64,000 nucleotides of DNA from Thermoplasmata archaeon. GTDB lineage: Archaea > Thermoplasmatota > Thermoplasmata > Thermoplasmatales > ARK-15. The position numbers and the translations under genes are program-made. Below are positions 31,707-41,259 of the stretch, one piece after another; the stretch's first letter is position 1, and every line of letters begins with the position of its first letter. The notes under the pieces are model-generated. The model was given only the letters and a program-made list of their open reading frames with translations. It was not told the DNA's origin and searched no databases. The stretch is taken from assembly GCA_039794005.1 (NCBI GenBank), contig JBAMMA010000020.1, positions 9,188 to 73,187 of the forward strand, in the 5' to 3' direction.

Positions 31707-32620
31707 TAAACATTGTAAATAACAAGATGGAGATATCAAAATTGATAACTAAAATTGAAAATCATGATGATGAATTATCAACATGGGCAATAAAAAATAT
31801 AAAAGGTGCTCAGATAATAGGTATAACCGGTGTTTTTGGTAGTGGGAAATCAACAATAATATCGAAATTGGCTTTAAGATATTTGGCAGAAAATAAAAAA
31901 GTAGCAATATTAGGGATCGATCCAAGCAGTCCATTTTCAGGAGGGGCTGTTTTAGGTGATAGAATTAGAATGAAAGAATTGAATAAATATGATAATGTAT
32001 ACATAAGATCATTATCCTCTAAAGGTAAAATTGGAGGTCTAAGTTATTTTACAGCTGATGTTGTAAATTTATTTGATGCACTTGGATATGAAATAATAAT
32101 TATAGAAACAGTTGGTTCTGGCCAGGATGAGGTAGATATATACAATATAGCACATACAGTTGTAGTCATTCATGTTCCAACTTTAGGCGATGAAGTACAA
32201 GTTATAAAGGCAGGCCAGATGGAAATAGGAGATATCTTTGTTGTCAACAAGGCCGATCAAGGTCCTGCCGATGAAAAGGTAAGGGAAATTGAAACACTCA
32301 TTACGCCAAAAAACAATGGATGGTCACCTAAAATAGTAAAAACTGTAGCGGTTAGAAATCAAAATATAGATGAATTAAAAAATTTAATTGATGAACATTA
32401 TAAATTTTTAAAGGAAAACAATCTTTTAAAAGAAAAATTGATTTTAAGGTTAAAATATTTAATAAAACAGCACTTAAATTATAAAATAGATAATATTATG
32501 AATTCAACACTCTCTGATCAAATTGCAGAAACATTATTAAAGGATAAGGATGTAAAGAGTTCAGTAAATGAATTGCTGAAAATACTGGGTGATAATTATG
32601 GAAAGGGAGGAAATATTTAA
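31703..32620 (+). CDS. meaB: MeaB/ArgK-family GTPase chaperone of the mutase
   Basis: [41 protein letters not shown]. Confidence 0.94.
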   Translation: MINIVNNKMEISKLITKIENHDDELSTWAIKNIKGAQIIGITGVFGSGKSTIISKLALRYLAENKKVAILGIDPSSPFSGGAVLGDRIRMKELNKYDNVYIRSLSSKGKIGGLSYFTADVVNLFDALGYEIIIIETVGSGQDEVDIYNIAHTVVVIHVPTLGDEVQVIKAGQMEIGDIFVVNKADQGPADEKVREIETLITPKNNGWSPKIVKTVAVRNQNIDELKNLIDEHYKFLKENNLLKEKLILRLKYLIKQHLNYKIDNIMNSTLSDQIAETLLKDKDVKSSVNELLKILGDNYGKGGNI

Positions 32621-34259
32621 AGAAAAAATGGAAGAATGGAAAAAGGTATACGAAAAATCTGTCTCTATAATGCCTGAGAGGGAAAATATAAAAACGTTGT
32701 CTGGAATTTATCTTAAAACTTTTTATTCACCCTTGGATTTAGGAGATTTTGATTATTTTGAAAAATTGGGATATCCAGGGATTTATCCATTCACAAGGGG
32801 TATACATCCAACAATGTATAGATCTCGCTATTGGACATTCAGAGAATTCTCCGGTTTTGGAGATGCCATAGAGACCAATAAAAGATTAAAATTTTTGATA
32901 GAACATGGTGAAACTGGGTTGAGCATAGCTTTTGATTATCCAACATTATTGGGATTGGATGCTGATAATCCATTGACAAAAGGGGAATTTGGAAAGGCTG
33001 GGGTAGCCATAAACACATTGGAGGATATGCAACTCATGTTTGATGGAATTTCAATGAAAGATATATCTACTTCAATGACGATAAATGGACCAGCTGCAAT
33101 AATCTGGGGATTTTACATTGTAGCGGCCGAAACACAGGGGGCCAAAAGATCTGAATTGAGGGGAACAATTCAAAATGATATTTTGAAAGAATATATGGCT
33201 CAAAAATCTTTTATATTTCCACCGGAACCTTCATTAAAATTGGTTATAGATACAATAGAATTTGGAAGTAAAGAATTGCCATTGTGGAATCCAATAAGCA
33301 TAAGTGGATATCACATTAGGGAAGCTGGAGCTACCGCTGTTCAGGAAGCCGCATTTACGCTGGCAAATGGTCTTACATACGTTGAGGAAGCCATTAAAAG
33401 GGGATTGGATGTAGATGATTTTGCATATAGACTAAGCTTTTTCTTTGATTCACATATAGACTTTTTCGAAGAAATAGCAAAGTTTAGGGCAATAAGAAGA
33501 GTTTGGGCAAAAGAAATGAAGAGAAGGTTTAATCCTAAAAAGGAGAGATCATTATGGATGAGATTCCATACTCAGACCGCAGGAGTAAGTCTTACCGCTC
33601 AGCAACCGGAAAATAATATAATAAGAACTACATTAGAAGCATTGGCTGCAGTTTTAGGGGGTACACAAAGTTTGCATACAAATAGTATGGATGAGGCCTG
33701 GGCATTACCATCAGAAAAAGCTGTTATGATCGCATTGAGAACTCAGCAAATTATAGCAGAAGAGTCAGGAGTTGCAAATGTTGTTGATCCTTTAGGGGGA
33801 TCCTATTACATTGAATGGTTAACCGATAAAATTGAAGAAGAGATTTACAGATATTTTGATAAAATAGAACAGGTGGGTGGAGTAATTGCCGGAATTAAAA
33901 AAGGATTCTTCCAGAGGGAGATAGCCAAATCAGCCTATGAATTCCAAAAGGATATTGAAGAAAAAAGAAGAATTTTGGTCGGTGTAAACAAATATAGAAT
34001 TGATGAAAAGCTTGAAATTCCAATATTAAAGGTACCTGATGAATTGGAAGAGAGGCATTTGGCTAGACTAAAGAAATTCAAAGAGAATAGGGATTTCTCT
34101 AAGACGCAAGAAGCATTAAATAGAATAAAAAAGTATGCGGATGAACAAAATTTAATGCCTTACATAATCGATGCAATAAAATCAAAGGCAACACTTGGTG
34201 AAATAGTGAATGCACTCAAAGAGGTTTGGGGGGAGTACATAGAACCGGTGATCTGGTAA
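32598..34259 (+). CDS. Acyl-CoA mutase large subunit, isobutyryl-CoA mutase type (IcmA-like)
   Basis: YPFTRG, WTFREFSGFG, GTIQNDILKEYMAQK, SISGYHIREAG, GGTQSLHTN. Confidence 0.9.
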   Translation: MEREEIFKEKMEEWKKVYEKSVSIMPERENIKTLSGIYLKTFYSPLDLGDFDYFEKLGYPGIYPFTRGIHPTMYRSRYWTFREFSGFGDAIETNKRLKFLIEHGETGLSIAFDYPTLLGLDADNPLTKGEFGKAGVAINTLEDMQLMFDGISMKDISTSMTINGPAAIIWGFYIVAAETQGAKRSELRGTIQNDILKEYMAQKSFIFPPEPSLKLVIDTIEFGSKELPLWNPISISGYHIREAGATAVQEAAFTLANGLTYVEEAIKRGLDVDDFAYRLSFFFDSHIDFFEEIAKFRAIRRVWAKEMKRRFNPKKERSLWMRFHTQTAGVSLTAQQPENNIIRTTLEALAAVLGGTQSLHTNSMDEAWALPSEKAVMIALRTQQIIAEESGVANVVDPLGGSYYIEWLTDKIEEEIYRYFDKIEQVGGVIAGIKKGFFQREIAKSAYEFQKDIEEKRRILVGVNKYRIDEKLEIPILKVPDELEERHLARLKKFKENRDFSKTQEALNRIKKYADEQNLMPYIIDAIKSKATLGEIVNALKEVWGEYIEPVIW

Positions 34260-34832
34260 ATGTCATTTAAAAAAGGTCTCATTGAAGTCTACACGGGAAA
34301 TGGAAAAGGCAAGACAACGGCATCCATTGGCTTAGCTATTAGAGCAGCCGGGTACGGAAATAAGATTTTAATAGTTCATTTTATGAAATCAAAAAAATAT
34401 GGTGAATCAAATATAATCAATGAAATAAAAAATATTGATGAAATATATCTTGGAAAGCCATATTTTGTTACTAAAAATCCGGAAATAAAGAAATTATTTC
34501 CGGATGTTGTACTATTTGAACCTGGAAATCCTCCCAGAGAATACGTTGAATTAATTGAGAATGGCCTGAAAGATACAGAAAATAAAATGATTTCTGGTGA
34601 ATATGACATGATAATTTTGGATGAATTAATAACTGCAATACATTTTGAATTAATAGATATAAAAAAAGTTCTAGAATTTTTGGATAAAAAACCTGAAAAT
34701 GTAGAAGTAGTTTTGACCGGTAGATATGCCCCAAAAGAGATCATAGATAAAGCAGATCTTGTTACGGAAATGGTCGAAGTAAAACATCCTTATCAAAAGG
34801 GCATTGAAGCAAGGGAAGGTATAGAATATTAA
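34260..34832 (+). CDS. cobO: Cob(I)alamin adenosyltransferase (CobA/BtuR/CobO type)
   Basis: YTGNGKGKTTA, ILDE, VLTGR, ADLVTEM..KHPY..G..AREGIEY. Confidence 0.94.
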   Translation: MSFKKGLIEVYTGNGKGKTTASIGLAIRAAGYGNKILIVHFMKSKKYGESNIINEIKNIDEIYLGKPYFVTKNPEIKKLFPDVVLFEPGNPPREYVELIENGLKDTENKMISGEYDMIILDELITAIHFELIDIKKVLEFLDKKPENVEVVLTGRYAPKEIIDKADLVTEMVEVKHPYQKGIEAREGIEY

Positions 34833-34902
34833 AATTATTAGAAAAATTTACTACAAAATATTAAATATTCTAATTTTGATATAAAAAATAGGTGAAATCC
34901 AT

Positions 34903-35409
34903 ATGAGAAAGATGACAGAAAAAAATCTTTTAGAAGCTTTTTCAGGTGAAAGCCAGGCTCACATGAGATACTTGATATTTGCTGATGTAGCCGAGAAGGA
35001 AGGGTATAAAAATGTAGCTAGATTATTCAGGGCAATAGCTTATGCAGAACAAATACACGCAACGAATCACTACAAAATTGCTTTAGGTCTTGTAAAGGAT
35101 ACAGAGAGCAATTTACAAACAGCGATAGACGGAGAAACCTACGAAATAGAAGAAATGTATCCAGTTTTTAATGAAGTAGCAAAGTTCCAGGGCGAAAAAA
35201 ATGCCGAAGTGACAACACATAGTGCACTGGAAGCAGAAAAGATACATGCAGATTTATATAAGAAGGCCAAGGAATCCGTAAAATCCAAAAAGGATTATGA
35301 TGTTGGAGACATTTACATTTGCAGTGTATGCGGATATACCACAGTAGGTAAGGCCCCCGAAAAATGTCCAGTATGTGGTGCACCACAGAGTGCATTTAAA
35401 AAGTTCTGA
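34903..35409 (+). CDS. rbr: Rubrerythrin
   Basis: AFSGESQA, AEQIHA, GETYE, AEKIHA; CSVCG...CPVCG domain. Confidence 0.96.
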   Translation: MRKMTEKNLLEAFSGESQAHMRYLIFADVAEKEGYKNVARLFRAIAYAEQIHATNHYKIALGLVKDTESNLQTAIDGETYEIEEMYPVFNEVAKFQGEKNAEVTTHSALEAEKIHADLYKKAKESVKSKKDYDVGDIYICSVCGYTTVGKAPEKCPVCGAPQSAFKKF

Positions 35410-35415
35410 TCAGCT

Positions 35416-35892
35416 ATGGGAACCAAAGGTAGAGAGATTATTGAAATCAGCCTAAATGAATTGATATCAGATCTTTCAAAAGCCTACGCCGATCAGTGGA
35501 TGGAAATTTATCTTTCATGGTATATAAAACATAATTACTTTGGGGATCAGGCCATTTATCTCATAGACACGATGGAAAATATCTATGCCCAGGCAATTAA
35601 AAGAGCTGAAAAATTAACACAGAGGATCAGATCGTTAGGGGGAAACACTATTTATAATCCCACTGAAATTCTAAGACTTGGAAATTGCAGATATCCTGAA
35701 ACATTAAATATCAATGATTTACACTCTGTCTTAGAATCTCTTTTACTGTTGAAGAGATGCATAATTGAGGTTTACAATAGAATACTAAAGAAAACTTTTG
35801 GAAAGGATCCAATAACATACCATATAATAGAATCCATGTTGGAAGAAGAGGTTGAAGAAGAAGATAAATTGGAAATTTTAAGAAAGAGGTAA
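35416..35892 (+). CDS. DPSL/bacterioferritin-like protein with degenerate ferroxidase site
   Basis: MGTKGREI, AYAD.W, RI..LGG, C.Y, RC.I.VY, T.GKDPITY, EE.E.ED family pattern. Confidence 0.8.
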   Translation: MGTKGREIIEISLNELISDLSKAYADQWMEIYLSWYIKHNYFGDQAIYLIDTMENIYAQAIKRAEKLTQRIRSLGGNTIYNPTEILRLGNCRYPETLNINDLHSVLESLLLLKRCIIEVYNRILKKTFGKDPITYHIIESMLEEEVEEEDKLEILRKR

Positions 35893-35896
35893 AAAT

Positions 35897-36262
35897 ATGA
35901 AGAGGTTTGGTGAAAATTTATATCTGCCCGAGAAAGAGGGAAAGGAAAAGCATGCTCCTATAATTGAGGCCCCATCCAGTGTAAAGGCAAACGAGTGGTT
36001 TGAAATAAAAATAACCGTCGGAAAGGATGTGCCACATCCAAATCTTGTAGAACACCACATAAAGTGGATTCAGGTATACGCCACAATTGATGGAAGGGCA
36101 TTTAATCCCGTACATGTGGCAACATTCGACTTTGGTCCTACTTATGCAGATCCAAGGGTAACATTCAGGATGAAATTGGAAAAGAGTGCGACAATATATG
36201 CATTGGCCTATTGTAACTTACATGGAGTTTGGGAGAATTCTGTGGAAATAAAAGTTGAATAA
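35897..36262 (+). CDS. sor: Superoxide reductase (neelaredoxin, class II SOR-like)
   Basis: EKHAP, HP...EHHIKW and YCNLHGVW iron ligands. Confidence 0.92.
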   Translation: MKRFGENLYLPEKEGKEKHAPIIEAPSSVKANEWFEIKITVGKDVPHPNLVEHHIKWIQVYATIDGRAFNPVHVATFDFGPTYADPRVTFRMKLEKSATIYALAYCNLHGVWENSVEIKVE

Positions 36263-36282
36263 ATTTTTTCCTTTATTTTTTT
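36263..36282 (+). terminator. T-rich tract after sor, possible internal archaeal terminator
   Basis: ATTTTTTCCTTTATTTTTTT before the GAGGTG SD of the next gene. Confidence 0.3.
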
Positions 36283-36285
36283 GAG

Positions 36286-36735
36286 GTGATAATATTGGAT
36301 TTAAAAGAATTATTTGATACAGCCGTAAAAACAGAGGAAGAAGCATATGAATTTTACATAAATTTATCAAAAAAAGTTAAAAATCAATCATCCAAGAAAT
36401 TGTTAGAGGATTTGGCGAATGAAGAACTTAACCACAAAAATATAATAATAAAATATTTCTTTGGTACATACAAAGTAATGGATAATATACCTTTGCTTAA
36501 TTTATTGGACCATCTTCCAAAGAAAGAGATTATAGATGAAAATTCTGACTTGAGAGAAATATTATCCCATGCAATACTAAGGGAAGAAAAAGAATACAAT
36601 TTTTACAATGAATTGGAAAAGTATATTGAAGATAAAAAAATCTTAGAAATATTGGAATTTTTAAAAAACCAGGAATTAAACCACAAGGCGAAATTAGAAC
36701 ATCTATACGATGATATTGTATACAGTGAATTCTAA
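36286..36735 (+). CDS. Ferritin-like (rubrerythrin diiron domain) protein
   Basis: Duplicated A...E......Y / L...E..H motifs (EELNH, QELNH). Confidence 0.88.
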   Translation: MIILDLKELFDTAVKTEEEAYEFYINLSKKVKNQSSKKLLEDLANEELNHKNIIIKYFFGTYKVMDNIPLLNLLDHLPKKEIIDENSDLREILSHAILREEKEYNFYNELEKYIEDKKILEILEFLKNQELNHKAKLEHLYDDIVYSEF

Positions 36736-37241
36736 TGATTGAAGAAATATTGAAAAGAAAAAGCTATCGAAATTTCTCCGACAGGGAGGTAGATGAAAGG
36801 ATAATCCTTGACATTATAGAGGCTGGGAGACTTGCACCATCATGTTACAATAATCAACCTTGGCACTATGTACTTTTAAAAGGTAAAGAAAAATCGATAA
36901 TAAATGATCATATAAATCGGGGAAATTCTTGGGCAAAGAATGCCTATGCTTACATTGTGATGGTGTGCAACCCAAATGTAGACTGCAACATAAATGGTAT
37001 TAATTATTCTTTATTTGACTGTGGATTATCGGTGGAAAACATGTTATTGGAAGCATTTCATAATGGATTAATTGCACACAGCATAGCAGGATTCAACTCT
37101 GAAGGTTTAAAAAAGGCATTAAAAATTCCTGAAAATTTTTTAATCCCTGCCATTATTATTTTGGGATATCCCAATGGTAATGAAGAAAGGGCAAGGGAGA
37201 GAAAAGGCATAGATGAAATATTGCACATGGGAGGGTGGTAA
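36735..37241 (+). CDS. Nitroreductase-family flavoprotein
   Basis: RKSYRNF, APSCYNNQPW, DCG...ENMLLEA...GL, LGYP. Confidence 0.92.
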   Translation: MIEEILKRKSYRNFSDREVDERIILDIIEAGRLAPSCYNNQPWHYVLLKGKEKSIINDHINRGNSWAKNAYAYIVMVCNPNVDCNINGINYSLFDCGLSVENMLLEAFHNGLIAHSIAGFNSEGLKKALKIPENFLIPAIIILGYPNGNEERARERKGIDEILHMGGW

Positions 37242-37242
37242 T

Positions 37243-37662
37243 ATGTTGAATGAAAATGATGATGTGTCCTTTATAGATGATTATTTTCCGGATAAAAAGA
37301 ATAAATGGATAGTTCTATACTTTTATCCAAAGGATTTTACGTCCGGATGTACCAGGGAAGCAGAATCATTTAGGGACAATTTTGAAAAATTCAAGGAAAT
37401 GAATGTAGAAGTAATTGGAGTAAGCGTAGATGACAATGAAACACATAAAAAGTTCAAAGAAAAATTGAATATTCCTTTTGATTTATATAGCGATATAAAT
37501 AAAGAATTGATAAAAAGATTTGGAGTGGAAAATCTGGGAAGGGCAAGAAGAACAACGTTCATTATAAGTCCGGATAGAAAAATTGTTAAAAAATGGGGGA
37601 GGGTGAGCGTTGATAAACATGTTGAAGAGGTAATAAATGCATTAAAAGAGGTGATAAAATGA
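37243..37662 (+). CDS. bcp: Peroxiredoxin (Bcp/PrxQ, 1-Cys)
   Basis: [27 protein letters not shown]; start after the GGAGGGTGG SD. Confidence 0.92.
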   Translation: MLNENDDVSFIDDYFPDKKNKWIVLYFYPKDFTSGCTREAESFRDNFEKFKEMNVEVIGVSVDDNETHKKFKEKLNIPFDLYSDINKELIKRFGVENLGRARRTTFIISPDRKIVKKWGRVSVDKHVEEVINALKEVIK

Positions 37663-37826
37663 AGGTTTTGTATCAATGCCAGGTTTGTGGTTATATATAT
37701 GATCCCGATGAAGGAGATGATACTCAGGGTATTCCTCCTGGAACATTATTTGAAGATCTGCCAGATACATGGACATGCCCAGTTTGTGGTGCTCCTAAAG
37801 ATATGTTTACGGCGGTGGTAACATGA
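37659..37826 (+). CDS. Rubredoxin (55 aa, missing from the ORF track)
   Basis: [55 protein letters not shown]; GAGGTGA SD; ATGA overlaps with bcp and with korA. Confidence 0.97.
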   Translation: MKVLYQCQVCGYIYDPDEGDDTQGIPPGTLFEDLPDTWTCPVCGAPKDMFTAVVT

Positions 37827-39541
37827 AAATCAATGATTTTACTGTAAGAATAGGTGGACAGGCAGGAGACGGTTCCCTGGCCACGGGTGAATTGTTATCC
37901 AGATATTTAAGAAGAGCCGGATATTACGTGGCAACTGATAAGGATTTTCCTTCCAGAATAAGGGGAGGTCATACAAGTTATGCTATCAGAGGATCAGAGA
38001 AAAAGATTTATTCGATTCATGACAAGATAGATGCGCTTCTTGCATTCGATGACGATTCTTTAAAATTACATTTAAATGAAATAGAAACCGGAGGGGCTTT
38101 AATATATGATTCATCAAGAGCGAAAATTAGTATCGACAGAAAAGATATAAGGATTATAGGACTCCCATTCACAATAAAAGCCAAAAATGAACTAGGTAAC
38201 GAGATAATAAAAAATACGATGTCTCTAGGTATACTGACAAAAATTTTTGGATTAGATATTGAATTAATGAAAGAAACAATTTCTGATACATATAAAAAGA
38301 GAGGGGAAAAAATATTAAAGGACAATTTAAGAGCGTATGAAATAGGCTTAGAACTTTCTAAAGATGAGAATAGATTAGAAAATTATTCGATAGAGAAATT
38401 GAAAAGGGATGAAAATAAACTTTTAATGATGGGTAATGAGGCCATCGCCCTGGGGGCAATGGCTGCCGGTTGCAAGTTTATAGCAGCATACCCAATAACT
38501 CCGGCCAGCGATGTCTTAGAATTTATGTCCAAATATCTACCTAAAAATGGCGGTGTTGCAATTCAGGCGGAATCAGAAATATCTGCTATTAATATGGCAA
38601 TTGGTGCAGCATATGCCGGTATAAGGTCCATGGTAGCTACCTCAGGCCCTGGATTTGATTTAAAGACAGAAGCTATTGGTTTAGCATCAATGATTGAACA
38701 GCCTGTTGTAATACTGGATGCCATGAGGGCTGGGCCTTCAACCGGTATGCCAACAAAAACAGAACAATCCGATATAAATCACGCTGTATACGGTGGTCAT
38801 GGTGACAAACCCAAGGTTGTCATAGTTCCAGGAAATGTTGAAGAGGCCTTTTATATGACATTTGAGGCTTTTAATATAGCCGAAGTATTTCAGGGACCAG
38901 TAATTATTTTAACCGATGAATTGATAAGCTGGAACAAACAGGTTGTTAATAAATTCAATATTGATTCTTTGAAAATAAACAGGGGTAAATTGTTATTAAA
39001 TATTGAATCGAATGAAAGAGAATTTAAGAGATATGAATTCTCTGAAGACGGAATATCGAGGAGAACAATTCCCGGGGTAAAAAATGGAGTTCATCTGGAA
39101 ACTGGGGATGAACATGATGAATATGGACACATAACTGAAAATCCGGAGATAAGAAATAAAATGATGGAAAAGAGAAATAAAAAGATGGAATATATAAAAA
39201 ATATGTTATTTAAATCTGAGATAATTGGTGATGGAGAAAATGTAATAGTAAGCATTGGGAGCACATTGGGGCCGATCCTGGAGGCAATGGAGATGCTTAA
39301 AAAAGATGGCATAGAAACAACGTTTGTTAGAATCAGGACGTTATTACCATTTTTAGAAGATCCGATTGAAACGATAGATAATGCAAAAAGAGTCTTTGTT
39401 GTAGAGAATAACATAACCGGTCAGCTTGAAAACCTTTTGAAGATATATGTGAATAGAAAGGATTTCATTCCAATAAGGAAATATGATGGAAGATCATTCA
39501 GACCAGGGTTTATTTATAATAAAATTAAAGAGGTGTTTTAA
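37823..39541 (+). CDS. korA: 2-oxoacid:ferredoxin oxidoreductase alpha subunit (gamma-alpha fusion)
   Basis: [36 protein letters not shown]. Confidence 0.93.
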   Translation: MKINDFTVRIGGQAGDGSLATGELLSRYLRRAGYYVATDKDFPSRIRGGHTSYAIRGSEKKIYSIHDKIDALLAFDDDSLKLHLNEIETGGALIYDSSRAKISIDRKDIRIIGLPFTIKAKNELGNEIIKNTMSLGILTKIFGLDIELMKETISDTYKKRGEKILKDNLRAYEIGLELSKDENRLENYSIEKLKRDENKLLMMGNEAIALGAMAAGCKFIAAYPITPASDVLEFMSKYLPKNGGVAIQAESEISAINMAIGAAYAGIRSMVATSGPGFDLKTEAIGLASMIEQPVVILDAMRAGPSTGMPTKTEQSDINHAVYGGHGDKPKVVIVPGNVEEAFYMTFEAFNIAEVFQGPVIILTDELISWNKQVVNKFNIDSLKINRGKLLLNIESNEREFKRYEFSEDGISRRTIPGVKNGVHLETGDEHDEYGHITENPEIRNKMMEKRNKKMEYIKNMLFKSEIIGDGENVIVSIGSTLGPILEAMEMLKKDGIETTFVRIRTLLPFLEDPIETIDNAKRVFVVENNITGQLENLLKIYVNRKDFIPIRKYDGRSFRPGFIYNKIKEVF

Positions 39542-40399
39542 ATGGTAGAAATAAAAATTGATACCAGAATTTATGATAAAGAAACTCCAACGTGGTGCCC
39601 TGGATGCGGAGACTATGGTGTGCTATTAGCACTAAAGAGGGCAGCCGCCATTTTAAATCTGGACCCCAATAAAACCGTATTGGTAACAGGTATAGGATGT
39701 TCTTCAAAAATAAATAGTTATTTTTATTCATATGGGATACATACAATACATGGTAGGGCTGCCAGTGTAGCCCAGGGCATTAAATTGGCCAATCCTGACC
39801 TTGAAGTTATAGTTGCTGGTGGAGATGGAGATGCATTTGCAATAGGTACCGAACATTTGGTTCACATTGCAAGAAGAAATCCGGATATAACATACATAGT
39901 AATGGATAATCAAATATATGGATTGACAAAAGGCCAAGTAAGTCCAACGAGTGAAGAGGGTTTTGTTAGCATAACTACACCATATGGTTCTTTTGAAAAA
40001 CCCGTTAATGGCCCATTGTTGGCACTTGCCTCAGGAGCCACATTTATAGCAAGAGGTTTTGCGGGGGATCCTATATTTTTAACAGATTTAATTGTTGAGG
40101 GTATCAAACATAAGGGATTTGCATTGATAGATGTTTTCAGTCCATGTGTAACGTGGAATAAGGTCAACACATATGATTGGTATAAACAGCACACCTACAA
40201 ATTGGAAAACCATGATCCGGCTGACATAAAAAAGGCGTTTGAAATTTTGCAGGATGAAGAAAAGTTTGGCCTGGGAATAATTTATAAAGCGGAAAAACCG
40301 ACACTGGAGGAAAAACTACCAAGGAAAACATCATTTAAACCATTCGATAAATTGGATGTTGAGAGAAGCATTGAAGAATTATACGAGGAATTTTTATAG
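39542..40399 (+). CDS. korB: 2-oxoacid:ferredoxin oxidoreductase beta subunit
   Basis: WCPGCG, GIGCS, HGR, GGDGD, NQIYGLTKGQ.SPT, SPCVTWN. Confidence 0.93.
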   Translation: MVEIKIDTRIYDKETPTWCPGCGDYGVLLALKRAAAILNLDPNKTVLVTGIGCSSKINSYFYSYGIHTIHGRAASVAQGIKLANPDLEVIVAGGDGDAFAIGTEHLVHIARRNPDITYIVMDNQIYGLTKGQVSPTSEEGFVSITTPYGSFEKPVNGPLLALASGATFIARGFAGDPIFLTDLIVEGIKHKGFALIDVFSPCVTWNKVNTYDWYKQHTYKLENHDPADIKKAFEILQDEEKFGLGIIYKAEKPTLEEKLPRKTSFKPFDKLDVERSIEELYEEFL

Positions 40400-40407
40400 G
40401 TGGTATA

Positions 40408-41259
40408 ATGATAATAGGGGGCCACATGTCTATTTCAGGAGGATTTGCACCAGTTCCAGCTAGAGCAAATAAAATAGGTTTAAATGCAATACAGATATTT
40501 TCAAAAAATCAAAGACAATGGATAGCGAAGTCTATTGATATGGATGATGCAAAAAGTTTCAGAGAAAATTTGAATAAATATGGGATTATAGAATCCGTTG
40601 TTCATGCTTCATATCTCGTTAACATTGCAACTGAAAATTCTGAAATATTTAAAAAATCAATAGATTCATTGATTCATGAGGCTGAGAGATGTTCAATTTT
40701 GGGGATAAAATATCTTGTATTTCATCCTGGTGCACACCTGGGTAAAGGGGAGGAATATGGGTTAAAGAGAATTGTTGAAGGAATCGATAAAATCATAGGA
40801 AAATTGCCCGATAATGTTTATTTAACTGTTGAGACTACAGCTGGTCAGGGCACGAATCTGGGTTATAAATTCGAGCATATTTCCAAAATATTATCAAACG
40901 TTTCAGATAGTTCCAGATTAAGGGTCTGCATCGATACATGTCATATTTTTGCGGCGGGATATGAACTCAGATCCAAAGAAGGATATGAAAAAACAATGGA
41001 ATTATTTGACAACTTAGTTGGATTTAAATATTTATCTGTGATTCATTTAAATGACAGTGAAAAACAATTTGGTAGCAGGATAGATAGACATGCACAGATT
41101 GGAAAGGGATACATTGGTGAAAAGGGATTTAAAAACATTTTAAAAGATGGTAGGTTTAAAAACATACCTTTAATTTTAGAAACTCCCGGAGGAGAAGATT
41201 TATACCCAGAGGACTTAAAGGTAATAAATAAAATTCTGGAGGATGATCATGATGATTGA
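40408..41259 (+). CDS. nfo: Endonuclease IV (AP endonuclease)
   Basis: HASYLVN, FHPG, ETTAG, DTCHIFAAG, HLNDS, DRH, ETP. Confidence 0.95.
   Translation: MIIGGHMSISGGFAPVPARANKIGLNAIQIFSKNQRQWIAKSIDMDDAKSFRENLNKYGIIESVVHASYLVNIATENSEIFKKSIDSLIHEAERCSILGIKYLVFHPGAHLGKGEEYGLKRIVEGIDKIIGKLPDNVYLTVETTAGQGTNLGYKFEHISKILSNVSDSSRLRVCIDTCHIFAAGYELRSKEGYEKTMELFDNLVGFKYLSVIHLNDSEKQFGSRIDRHAQIGKGYIGEKGFKNILKDGRFKNIPLILETPGGEDLYPEDLKVINKILEDDHDD

Noticed and set aside
34833-34902. Weak inverted repeats (TTAGAA/TTCTAA, CAAAAT/ATTTTG) upstream of rubrerythrin as a PerR/Fur-like box
   Set aside because: Nearly all A/T and imperfect; not distinguishable from background
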